From Paracoccaceae bacterium (GTDB taxonomy: Bacteria; Pseudomonadota; Alphaproteobacteria; Rhodobacterales; Rhodobacteraceae), in NCBI GenBank assembly GCA_963669315.1, contig OY770021.1, positions 3,277,467 to 3,317,466 on the forward strand: a DNA stretch of 40,000 bases, given 5' to 3'. The translations under genes were made by a program, and so were the position numbers. The notes below the pieces were generated by a model. The model did not search any database, had not been told where the DNA came from, and saw nothing but the letters and a program-made list of their open reading frames with translations. Numbering within the stretch: the stretch's first letter is position 1; each line of letters opens with the position of its first letter. Below are positions 8,378 through 16,476 of this stretch, one piece after another.

Positions 8378-10690
8378 ATGTGTGAAGCAGCGGTGGCGGA
8401 GAATCTGGCGCGCGATCCGGTTTGCGGGATGAAAGTGGACCCGGAGGTGGGCAAACCACAGGCGACGCATGCGGGCGAGACCTTTCACTTTTGCTGTCAG
8501 CGATGCTGCGACCGTTTTGCCGCTGATCCGGACGCGTTCCTCGGCGAACGGCCCGCGCCGGAGCCGATGCCGGAGGGAACGCTCTACACCTGCCCGATGG
8601 ACCCTGAAATCGTGCAGGAGGGGCCGGGCGATTGCCCGATCTGCGGCATGGCGCTGGAGCCGATGGGGCCGCCGCCCGCGGACGCCGGGCCGAACCCCGA
8701 ACTGGTCGATTTCAAGCGTCGGCTTTGGGTCGGCGCGCCGCTGGCGCTTGCGGTGCTGATCCTCGCCATGGGACCGATGGTCGGACTGCCTGTGCGGGAA
8801 GCGCTGGGCCATCGGCTGGCGAGTTGGCTGGAGTTCGCGCTGGCGGCGCCTGTGGTGCTCTGGTGCGCGGCGCCGTTCTTCAAACGCGGCTGGGCGTCGA
8901 TCAAGAATCGTAGTCCAAACATGTGGACCCTGATCGCGCTGGGCGTCGGCGCGGCCTTCGGTTTCAGCGCGGTGGCGACAATCTCGCCGGGGCTTTTCCC
9001 GCCCGCCTTTCGCGAGGCTGATGGCTCGGTCGGCGTCTATTTTGAGGCGGCCGCGGTGATCATCGTACTAGTGCTGATCGGGCAGGTGATGGAGTTGAAA
9101 GCGCGGGAACGTACATCTGGCGCAATCCGGGCGCTGATGGATCTTGCGCCGAAGACCGCGCGGCGGCTGCACGACGGGCGGGAGGAGGATGTTCCGCTAG
9201 CGGAAATCGTCGTTGGAGACCGGATTCGCGTCAGGCCCGGCGAAGCAATTCCGGTGGATGGCGTAGTCGAGGAGGGGGCTTCGGCGGTCGACGAATCCCT
9301 GCTGACGGGAGAGCCGGTTCCGGTCGCGAAAGCGCTTGGCGACCCATTGACCGGCGGGGCGCTGAATGGAACAGGCTCGTTGATTATGCAGGCTGAAAAG
9401 GTCGGTGCCGATACGATGCTGGCGCATATCGTTGACCTGGTGGCGACGGCGCAGCGCAGTCGCGCGCCGATACAGAATGTCGCCGACAGGGTTGCCGGTT
9501 GGTTCACCCCGGCGGTGGTCGGCGTAGCGGTCCTCGCATTTGTCGTTTGGGGCGTTATCGGGCCGGATCCGGCGCTGGCCCATGCGCTGGTCGCGGGGGT
9601 CTCGGTGCTGATCATCGCATGTCCCTGCGCGTTGGGCCTGGCCACGCCGATGTCGATCATGGTGGCGACGGGGCGCGGCGCGAAAGGCGGCGTGCTGATC
9701 CGCGACGCCGAGGCGTTGGAGCGGCTTGCGGGCGTCGACGCGCTGGTGGTGGACAAGACCGGCACACTGACCGAAGGGCGACCTGCATTGACCGGGGTTG
9801 AGGTCGTGGCGGGCGAGAGTCGCAAGAACCTGCTGCGCGCCGCAGCGAGCCTTGAGCGCGGATCCGAGCACCCATTGGCCGAAGCCATCGTCGTGGGCGC
9901 AGAGGCGGAGGGGCTGGCGCTTGTCGAAGTGACGGATTTCGCCGCAAGGACCGGCGCGGGCGTTACGGGGAAGGTGGATGGAAGGGCCGTGGCGCTCGGC
10001 TCGGCTGAGTTGTTGGCGGAGATCGGGGCGGACGCCGGGCCGTTGGATCAGGTCGCCGCCGCGCGCCGCGATCAGGGCGAGACGGTGATGTTCGCCGCGA
10101 TTGACGGAAAGTTGGCCGGGTTGATCGCCGTCGCCGATCCGATCAAGAACTCCGCGACGGAAGCCTTGGCCGAGTTGCAGGCGATGGGTCTGAGGATCGT
10201 GATGGCGACCGGCGACGACGCCCGCACGGCCAACGCGGTCGCTGCAAAGCTGGGGCTACAGGAGGTTCACGCCAATGTCTCCCCGGAGGGCAAAGCCAAG
10301 ATCATCGCCGACCTTCGGGGCGCGGGCCTCTCGGTCGCGATGGCGGGCGACGGAGTGAACGACGCGCCTGCGCTGGCCGCGGCGGATGTGGGCGTCGCGA
10401 TGGGGGCCGGGTCGGATGTGGCCATCGAAAGCGCGGGCGTCACGCTGGTGAAGGGCGATCTGCGCGGCGTCGCGCGGGCGGTGAAGCTGTCTCGGGCGAC
10501 CATGCGCAATATCCGCCAGAATCTCACTTTCGCTTTCGTTTATAACGGGCTAGGCGTACCGGTGGCGGCCGGAGTTCTTTATCCCGTCTTCGGCCTGCTG
10601 CTCAGCCCGATGATCGCGGCGGCGGCGATGAGCCTGTCTTCGGTCTCGGTGATTTCGAATGCTCTGAGGTTGCGAACCCGGAGGCTTTGA
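8378..10690 (+). CDS. copA: Copper-translocating P1B-type ATPase
   Basis: CPC transmembrane motif ([13 protein letters not shown]), phosphorylation site DKTGTLT and hinge GDGVNDAP. The N-terminal Cys-rich metal-binding modules read DPVCGMKV...[12 protein letters not shown] and [10 protein letters not shown]...CPICGM. Confidence 0.95.
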   Translation: MCEAAVAENLARDPVCGMKVDPEVGKPQATHAGETFHFCCQRCCDRFAADPDAFLGERPAPEPMPEGTLYTCPMDPEIVQEGPGDCPICGMALEPMGPPPADAGPNPELVDFKRRLWVGAPLALAVLILAMGPMVGLPVREALGHRLASWLEFALAAPVVLWCAAPFFKRGWASIKNRSPNMWTLIALGVGAAFGFSAVATISPGLFPPAFREADGSVGVYFEAAAVIIVLVLIGQVMELKARERTSGAIRALMDLAPKTARRLHDGREEDVPLAEIVVGDRIRVRPGEAIPVDGVVEEGASAVDESLLTGEPVPVAKALGDPLTGGALNGTGSLIMQAEKVGADTMLAHIVDLVATAQRSRAPIQNVADRVAGWFTPAVVGVAVLAFVVWGVIGPDPALAHALVAGVSVLIIACPCALGLATPMSIMVATGRGAKGGVLIRDAEALERLAGVDALVVDKTGTLTEGRPALTGVEVVAGESRKNLLRAAASLERGSEHPLAEAIVVGAEAEGLALVEVTDFAARTGAGVTGKVDGRAVALGSAELLAEIGADAGPLDQVAAARRDQGETVMFAAIDGKLAGLIAVADPIKNSATEALAELQAMGLRIVMATGDDARTANAVAAKLGLQEVHANVSPEGKAKIIADLRGAGLSVAMAGDGVNDAPALAAADVGVAMGAGSDVAIESAGVTLVKGDLRGVARAVKLSRATMRNIRQNLTFAFVYNGLGVPVAAGVLYPVFGLLLSPMIAAAAMSLSSVSVISNALRLRTRRL

Positions 10691-10699
10691 GGTGGGAAA

Positions 10700-11458
10700 T
10701 TGATCGAGCTGATCTCACCGCCGGACGTCGAAGCGCTGTCCGTCGGCGGATTGGTGTTCGCGAGCTTCGTCACCTCCTTCATCACGGCTGCGTTCGGAAT
10801 CGGCGGCGGCATCGTTCTGATCGCGATCCTGGCCTCTTTGTTGCCGCCTGCGGCGCTGATCCCGGTCCATGGAGTGATCCAACTCGGGTCCAACGGGTTC
10901 CGATCTTTGGTGTTGATCCGCCACACGCTCTGGCCGGTGGTGTGGTCGTTCCTGATCGGCTCTGCCATTGGCGCGGCGCTGGGCGGCGCGGTGGCGGTGC
11001 AACTGCCCGGGTCGCTGGTGCAGATAGGAGTAGGCTTGTTCATCATCTGGTCGGTATTCTTCAAGCCGCCCGCCTTCATGCGCCAGGCCGCCGGGCCGAC
11101 GGGAGCAATCTCCAGTTTTCTGACGATGTTTTTCGGCGCGACCGGCCCGTTCGTCGCCGCCTATCTGAAGGGATTGCAGTTGGAACGGCACGCCCAGCTT
11201 GCGACTCATTCGGTCTGCATGACGTTCCAGCACCTGTTGAAATGCTTCGTATTCGGGTTCCTCGGATTCGCCTTCGAGCCCTATCTGGGCTTTATCATCG
11301 TGATGATCGCCGCCGGGTTTCTGGGTACGCTGGCAGGTAAACAGGTGCTCGCTCGGATCGACGACGCGCTGTTTCGCAAAGTGCTGAGCGGCATTCTGCT
11401 ACTGCTTGCGACTCGATTGCTGTGGTCGGGCGGAAGCGTCTATCTGGCGGATTTTTAG
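10700..11458 (+). CDS. TauE/SafE (DUF81) family anion-exporter-like membrane protein
   Basis: 252-aa polytopic protein with the GIGGG motif (AAFGIGGGIVLIAIL) and an internal repeat typical of DUF81. TTG start at 10700 with a GAGGTGGG SD. It ends 3 nt before pabB. Confidence 0.8.
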   Translation: MIELISPPDVEALSVGGLVFASFVTSFITAAFGIGGGIVLIAILASLLPPAALIPVHGVIQLGSNGFRSLVLIRHTLWPVVWSFLIGSAIGAALGGAVAVQLPGSLVQIGVGLFIIWSVFFKPPAFMRQAAGPTGAISSFLTMFFGATGPFVAAYLKGLQLERHAQLATHSVCMTFQHLLKCFVFGFLGFAFEPYLGFIIVMIAAGFLGTLAGKQVLARIDDALFRKVLSGILLLLATRLLWSGGSVYLADF

Positions 11459-11461
11459 GCG

Positions 11462-12787
11462 ATGCGCTTCGAAGAGATCGAGTATCGGGAACCGGTTGAA
11501 GCGGCCGAACGGCTGCGCGCGCGGCCGGGCGCCGCCTTTCTCGATAGCGCGATGCGGCATGAGAGCCTCGGGCGGTACTCGTATCTCGCCGCGGACCCAT
11601 TTGGCATGTTCAGCGTCCGGCATGGGATCGCCGCTTGGAACGGCGAGCAGATCGTGGATCCGCCAGACGATGAGCTGAGGGATTTACTCGCCACGAATCG
11701 CCGCGACCCGCATCCCGACCTGCCGCCATTTCAGGGCGGCGCCATCGGCTATTTCGGTTATGAGGCGGGGGCGTTGTTCGACCGGGCGCCGGACCCGGCA
11801 CACGCCGAGCAGATGCGTTTCGCATTCTACGACACGGTGATCGCCTGGGACCATGCGCAGAGGCGCCGCTGGATCATTGGCGAACGGATCAAGGAATGGC
11901 GAGCGCTGTTGGACGGGCCTGCGCCTGACGCGCCTTGTTCCGACTTGCCAACGCTCGAATGGCGCTCCGACTTCACGGCCGAGAGCTATGCGGCGGCGGT
12001 CGAAAAGGTGAGGACCTACATTCTCGACGGCGATATCTATCAGGCCAATATCGCGCAGCGGTTCTCGGCGGATTTGCCCGATGGGTTCGACCGCTGGGCG
12101 CTCTATAAGCGCCTGAGAAAAACCAACCCGGCCACCTTTGCGGCCTATCTGGATTTCGGCGACCTCGTCATCGCCTCCAGCTCGCCGGAGCGGTTCATGC
12201 GTTGCCGGGACGGGCGGGTGGAGACGCGACCGATCAAAGGCACGGCGGCGCGGTCGGTCGATCCTGCGACCGATCACGCGGCGGGAGAGGCGTTGATCCG
12301 GTCTGAGAAAGACCGAGCTGAAAATGTTATGATCGTTGACCTTTTGCGGAACGATCTTTCTCGCGTTTGCAAGCCGGGCTCGGTTCAGGTTCCGACGCTC
12401 TGCGGGTTGGAGAGCTACGCCAATGTCCACCATCTTGTCTCGGTGGCGTTGGGCGAGTTGCAAGAGGGCCGGGATGCAATAGACCTGATCGCGGCCAGCT
12501 TTCCGGGCGGTTCGATCACCGGAGCGCCGAAAATCCGCGCCATGGAGATCATTCGCGAGATTGAGGGCCATACGCGCGGTGTGTATTGCGGCGCCGTCGG
12601 ATGGCTCGGTTTCGATGGCTCGATGGATTTCAACATCGCCATCCGCACGGTGGCGTTTCAGGGCGGGGAGGCGAGCTTTCAGGCGGGCGGCGGGATCACC
12701 ATGCTGTCCGATCCGGAGGCGGAATACGCCGAGACTCTGGATAAGGCGCGACGGGTATTCGCCGCATTCGATCAAGACTCGCCATGA
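11462..12787 (+). CDS. pabB: Aminodeoxychorismate synthase component I
   Basis: Chorismate-binding family motifs (SSPERFM, FPGGSITGAPKIRAMEII, GVYCGAVGW). Assigned PabB rather than TrpE from context with pabA, pabC and folP. Confidence 0.85.
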   Translation: MRFEEIEYREPVEAAERLRARPGAAFLDSAMRHESLGRYSYLAADPFGMFSVRHGIAAWNGEQIVDPPDDELRDLLATNRRDPHPDLPPFQGGAIGYFGYEAGALFDRAPDPAHAEQMRFAFYDTVIAWDHAQRRRWIIGERIKEWRALLDGPAPDAPCSDLPTLEWRSDFTAESYAAAVEKVRTYILDGDIYQANIAQRFSADLPDGFDRWALYKRLRKTNPATFAAYLDFGDLVIASSSPERFMRCRDGRVETRPIKGTAARSVDPATDHAAGEALIRSEKDRAENVMIVDLLRNDLSRVCKPGSVQVPTLCGLESYANVHHLVSVALGELQEGRDAIDLIAASFPGGSITGAPKIRAMEIIREIEGHTRGVYCGAVGWLGFDGSMDFNIAIRTVAFQGGEASFQAGGGITMLSDPEAEYAETLDKARRVFAAFDQDSP

Positions 12788-13371
12788 TCCTGATTATCGA
12801 TAACTACGACAGCTTCGTCTTTAACGTCTCCCGCTATTTCAAAGAGTTGGGTGAGGGTGTCGAAGTCGTGCGAAGCGATGCTGTCGAAATGTACCAGCTG
12901 GAGGCGACGCCGCCCAAGGCTATCGTGATCTCGCCCGGTCCCTGCACGCCGGAACGGGCAGGCGAGTCTTTGAGGATCGTGCGAGAATGCTCAGGGCGCA
13001 TTCCCATTCTCGGCGTTTGTCTGGGTCATCAATGTATCGGCGCCGTCTTTGGCGGCCGGGTGGAGCGGGCGAAACGCCCGCTGCATGGGCGCGCCTCCGT
13101 CATCGCGCATCAGGGCGGCGGCGTTCTTAAAGGCTTGCCTTCACCGTTGTCGGTCGGGCGGTATCATTCGCTGGTCGTCGCGGGCGAGATGGATGCTTTG
13201 TCGATCGATGCACGCTCTGACGAGGGGGAGATCATGGCGCTGTCGCACCGGGAGCATCCGACATGGGGCGTGCAGTTTCACCCTGAATCCGTGCTGACCG
13301 AACACGGGCACGCTCTGTTCGGCAATTTCCTTGCGCTGGCGCGAGACTTTAACGAGGGGAGGGCGCGATGA
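12784..13371 (+). CDS. pabA: Aminodeoxychorismate/anthranilate synthase component II (glutamine amidotransferase)
   Basis: Class-I GATase triad region GVCLGHQ...FHPES. N-terminus ILIIDNYDSFVFN. ATGA overlap with pabB. Confidence 0.9.
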   Translation: MILIIDNYDSFVFNVSRYFKELGEGVEVVRSDAVEMYQLEATPPKAIVISPGPCTPERAGESLRIVRECSGRIPILGVCLGHQCIGAVFGGRVERAKRPLHGRASVIAHQGGGVLKGLPSPLSVGRYHSLVVAGEMDALSIDARSDEGEIMALSHREHPTWGVQFHPESVLTEHGHALFGNFLALARDFNEGRAR

Positions 13372-14231
13372 TCTGGCTGAATGGCGAGCGCCTTGACGGA
13401 TCGGTCGCACCTTTCGATCTGACAGACCGGGGGTTGCTGCTGGGCGACGGGGTGTTCGACACCAGCCTTGTCGTGAATGGGAGGGTCGCGTTCGGCGAGG
13501 CCCATGAGGGGCGATTGCTGCGTCACGCCAAAGCGCTGGGGATCGCGGCTGATCCGGAAATGGTTCGCGACGCTTACGCGCGGGCCAGGGAGTTGGACGG
13601 GCCGCATGCGCTGCGCGTCACCATTACGCGGGGCGCAGGGCCGCGAGGCCTGCCGAATCCTGCGGAATGCGTCCCGAGCGTGATCGCCGCCGCTGCGCCG
13701 ACCTCGGGCCTGATTTTTTCGCCGGTGACGCTTCAGAGCGTCTCGATCCGGCGGAATGAGACATCCCCGACGTCGCGGTTAAAAACGCTCGCTTATCTCG
13801 ACAATGTTCTGGCGATGGATACGGCGGCGAAAGCGGGCGCCGACGACGCATTGATGCTGAACACGAAGGGGGACGTCGCGTCTGCGGCTGCGGCGAATAT
13901 ATTCGCGATCATCGGGCGGGACCTGGTCACGCCGCGCGTGGAGGATGGCGCGCTGGATGGCGTTACCCGCGCATTCCTGATGAACGCGGCGCCTCAAATC
14001 GGCCTTGCGCCACGCGAACGGGCTCTGTCCCGAGATGAATTAAAACAGGCTGATGGGGTGTTCCTCAGCAGCAGCCTGCGTCTGCTCGCGCCGGTCAAAA
14101 GCCTCGATGGAGAGGCGGTTTCACAGGCCGCTCTAGCCGATCTTGACCAGCTTTCGGAGTTGTTGGCGAAGCAAATCGCCATTGAATGCGGCGCCGACCC
14201 TCGGTTAAGCAGCGTTTTGGAGCCCCGTTAA
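13368..14231 (+). CDS. pabC: Aminodeoxychorismate lyase (class IV aminotransferase fold)
   Basis: Class IV aminotransferase-like sequence (DRGLLLGDGVFDT, RLKTLAYLDNVLA, GVTR). ATGA overlap with pabA. Functional assignment is by operon context. Confidence 0.75.
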   Translation: MIWLNGERLDGSVAPFDLTDRGLLLGDGVFDTSLVVNGRVAFGEAHEGRLLRHAKALGIAADPEMVRDAYARARELDGPHALRVTITRGAGPRGLPNPAECVPSVIAAAAPTSGLIFSPVTLQSVSIRRNETSPTSRLKTLAYLDNVLAMDTAAKAGADDALMLNTKGDVASAAAANIFAIIGRDLVTPRVEDGALDGVTRAFLMNAAPQIGLAPRERALSRDELKQADGVFLSSSLRLLAPVKSLDGEAVSQAALADLDQLSELLAKQIAIECGADPRLSSVLEPR

Positions 14232-14242
14232 CCATTGGGACG

Positions 14243-15085
14243 ATGACCATGACGTGCGATCCGGCGAGCGGTAGAGACGCCTTTCTCGCCCGCATCAAGC
14301 AGGGCCCGGCGATCATGGGCATCCTGAACGTGACACCCGACTCCTTCTCAGATGGAGGGTTGTTCGACACGGTTGAATCCGCCGTTGCGCAGGCGGACCG
14401 GATGGTGGCGGAAGGGGCCGACGTGATCGATGTGGGCGGAGAATCGACGCGCCCCGGCGCAGCCCCCGTCGGAGAAGGGGAAGAGCGCGCGCGCGTTCTG
14501 CCGGTGATCGAGGCGCTGGCGAAAAGCTGCCCGGTTCCGATTTCCATCGACACCTACAAGGCGTCTGTGGCGCGAGACGCGGTCTCCGCTGGCGCAAGCA
14601 TCATCAATGATGTTTGGGGTTTTCAGAAAGACGCCGCCATGCCGGCGACGATCGCCGAAACGGGCGCTGCGGCCATCGCCATGTATAACCGCCCGGTGGC
14701 TGAGCCCGAACGGGACGTAATCGCCGACATGCGCGCCTTTCTGGATCACACGCTGGCGCTGTCGGACGGGGTGGGGGTTCCGCGAGACCGCATCCTGCTC
14801 GATCCCGGCGTGGGTTTCGGCAAGACCTGGAGGCAGAGCGTGCGCGTGCTGGCCGAGCTTGAAGCGCTTGACGATTTCGGCCTGCCGGTGCTGGTGGGCT
14901 TGTCGCGCAAGTCCTTTATCGGGCAGTTGCTGGACGCGCCCGTTGGTGAGCGGCTGATCGGCTCGGTCGCCGCGAACACCGTCTGCCTGATGAAGGGCGC
15001 GGCGGTGATCCGCGTGCATGACGTCGCCGAACATCGGGAAGTCGTGACCATGGTTCGCGCGCTAAGAGGGAACGCCAATGGCTGA
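14243..15085 (+). CDS. folP: Dihydropteroate synthase
   Basis: Motifs GILNVTPDSFSDGG, DVGGESTRPGA and INDVWG. ATG at 14243 is chosen because it lies after the pabC stop at 14231. The track ORF starts at 14186. Confidence 0.9.
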   Translation: MTMTCDPASGRDAFLARIKQGPAIMGILNVTPDSFSDGGLFDTVESAVAQADRMVAEGADVIDVGGESTRPGAAPVGEGEERARVLPVIEALAKSCPVPISIDTYKASVARDAVSAGASIINDVWGFQKDAAMPATIAETGAAAIAMYNRPVAEPERDVIADMRAFLDHTLALSDGVGVPRDRILLDPGVGFGKTWRQSVRVLAELEALDDFGLPVLVGLSRKSFIGQLLDAPVGERLIGSVAANTVCLMKGAAVIRVHDVAEHREVVTMVRALRGNANG

Positions 15086-15458
15086 CCGTATCTTTGTCTC
15101 TAATCTTTGCATCTACGCGCATCACGGCGTGATGCCCGAAGAGAACAAGCTGGGCCTGCGCCTCTATCTCGACATCGATTGCGAGGTGGATCTGACCGCT
15201 TGCCTTGTCGAGGACGATTATCACAAGGCGGTTTGTTATGGCTCTTTGGTGGAGGTCGCGACACAGGTCTCGGACGCGCACAGGTATAATTTGCTGGAAA
15301 GCTTCGCCGACCGGATCGCGCGCACGATCCTTGAGCGCTATGAGAATGTGATCCGGGCGACGATCATAATCCGAAAGCCATCCGCGCCGATCCCGGCGAC
15401 GATCGATCACGCCGGGGTTCAGATCACCCGGCGTCGGGAAGATTTGGGGGATGACTGA
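15078..15458 (+). CDS. folB: Dihydroneopterin aldolase
   Basis: 126 aa. Sequence IFVSNLCIYAHHGVMPEENKLGLRLYLDI...VCYGSL is typical of FolB. It overlaps the folP stop by 8 nt. Confidence 0.85.
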   Translation: MADRIFVSNLCIYAHHGVMPEENKLGLRLYLDIDCEVDLTACLVEDDYHKAVCYGSLVEVATQVSDAHRYNLLESFADRIARTILERYENVIRATIIIRKPSAPIPATIDHAGVQITRRREDLGDD

Positions 15459-15957
15459 GGCACCGGTCGAGATCGGACTCGGCCTTGGCTCGAATATTGG
15501 CGACAAGGCGGCGAACATCGCATCAGCGCTGGCGCGGATGGAGGAGGGCGGCGCGCTGAAGGTGACCGCGCGCTCCACGCCCTATCGCACCGCGCCTTGG
15601 GGCATCGAAGATCAGGACTGGTTCGTCAACGCCTGCGCTCTGGCGCAGACGACGTTGTCGCCAGAAGACCTGATCAGGCGCTGCAAAGCGGTGGAGGCGG
15701 AGTTGGGCCGCGAGAAGACGGTCCGCTGGGGGCCGCGCCTGATCGATATCGATATTCTGTTTTTCGGCGACCGGCGGGTTGAAACGTCCGATCTGACCAT
15801 TCCGCACAAAGAGCTGTTTAATCGCGCTTTCGTGCTGGTTCCTCTGGCCGAGATCGCCGCCGACCGGGCGATCGGCGGACGAATTGTTGCGGATGCGCTG
15901 GCGACGCTTGAGCGCGAGGCGGGCGATGTCGTTCCGTTCGCGGAAGGGCCTGATTGA
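15451..15957 (+). CDS. folK: 2-amino-4-hydroxy-6-hydroxymethyldihydropteridine diphosphokinase (HPPK)
   Basis: Motifs GLGSNIGD, RWGPRLIDIDILFF and IPHKELFNRAFVLVPLAEI. It overlaps the folB stop by 8 nt. Confidence 0.9.
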   Translation: MTEAPVEIGLGLGSNIGDKAANIASALARMEEGGALKVTARSTPYRTAPWGIEDQDWFVNACALAQTTLSPEDLIRRCKAVEAELGREKTVRWGPRLIDIDILFFGDRRVETSDLTIPHKELFNRAFVLVPLAEIAADRAIGGRIVADALATLEREAGDVVPFAEGPD

Positions 15958-15976
15958 CCCCTCCGCTTCAATGGAG

Positions 15977-16441
15977 CTAGTCGGCCGCTTCCATTTCGAC
16001 CGGCATATAGACCGGCTCTCCAATCGCGGACTGGGTCGCCGGCGCTTCGGCGCGATATGGAATGCCCAGAAACAGGTCCTCTGCGAAGAAGACCAGCTTG
16101 TCCCCATCGATCGCCGGCGGCGTGATGGAGCCGAATTTCGGCAAGCCGTAGTTGCGCAGCCGGGGAATCGCCGGGTCGATGTCTGCATTCGGGTCTTCAG
16201 CGTCGCGTTTGGCCACATAAGCGGCGCGGAACTCGTCCGGGTCCATGATCACCGTATAGGTGTAGCCCTTGGACAGATGGTTCACGAGCTGGGCGTAAAC
16301 GGCGACATATTGCGGGTCCAAAAGCGCGGGGGCGGCATCGAGCAGTTTCGACACGTTCTGCACCTGCACCTCGCCGACGATGACGACGGGGGCGCCGTTC
16401 ATGGTCTCGTCGAACTCGATCGGTGGTAGGGAGTCAGCCAT
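15977..16441 (-). CDS. Hypothetical acidic cytosolic protein (154 aa), partner of the giant protein
   Basis: ATG at 16441 lies 36 nt downstream of the 1315-aa gene stop. There is no hydrophobic segment or signal peptide. A hand count gives about 24 Asp+Glu against 10 Lys+Arg. No recognisable family motif. Confidence 0.6.
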   Translation of the reverse strand: MADSLPPIEFDETMNGAPVVIVGEVQVQNVSKLLDAAPALLDPQYVAVYAQLVNHLSKGYTYTVIMDPDEFRAAYVAKRDAEDPNADIDPAIPRLRNYGLPKFGSITPPAIDGDKLVFFAEDLFLGIPYRAEAPATQSAIGEPVYMPVEMEAAD

Positions 16442-16476
16442 GGTGTCCTCTTAATCTTTCCTGCGCGATGGGCGCC

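Noticed and set aside
9037-9888. 283-aa and 224-aa minus-strand ORFs inside copA
   Set aside because: They are shadow ORFs opposite a P-type ATPase whose catalytic motifs are all in the plus frame. The composition is Ser/Ala/Arg/Pro-biased.
11684-12775. 363-aa minus-strand ORF covering pabB
   Set aside because: It is antisense to a gene with clear chorismate-binding motifs. The product is Arg/Pro/Gly-rich with no recognisable domain.
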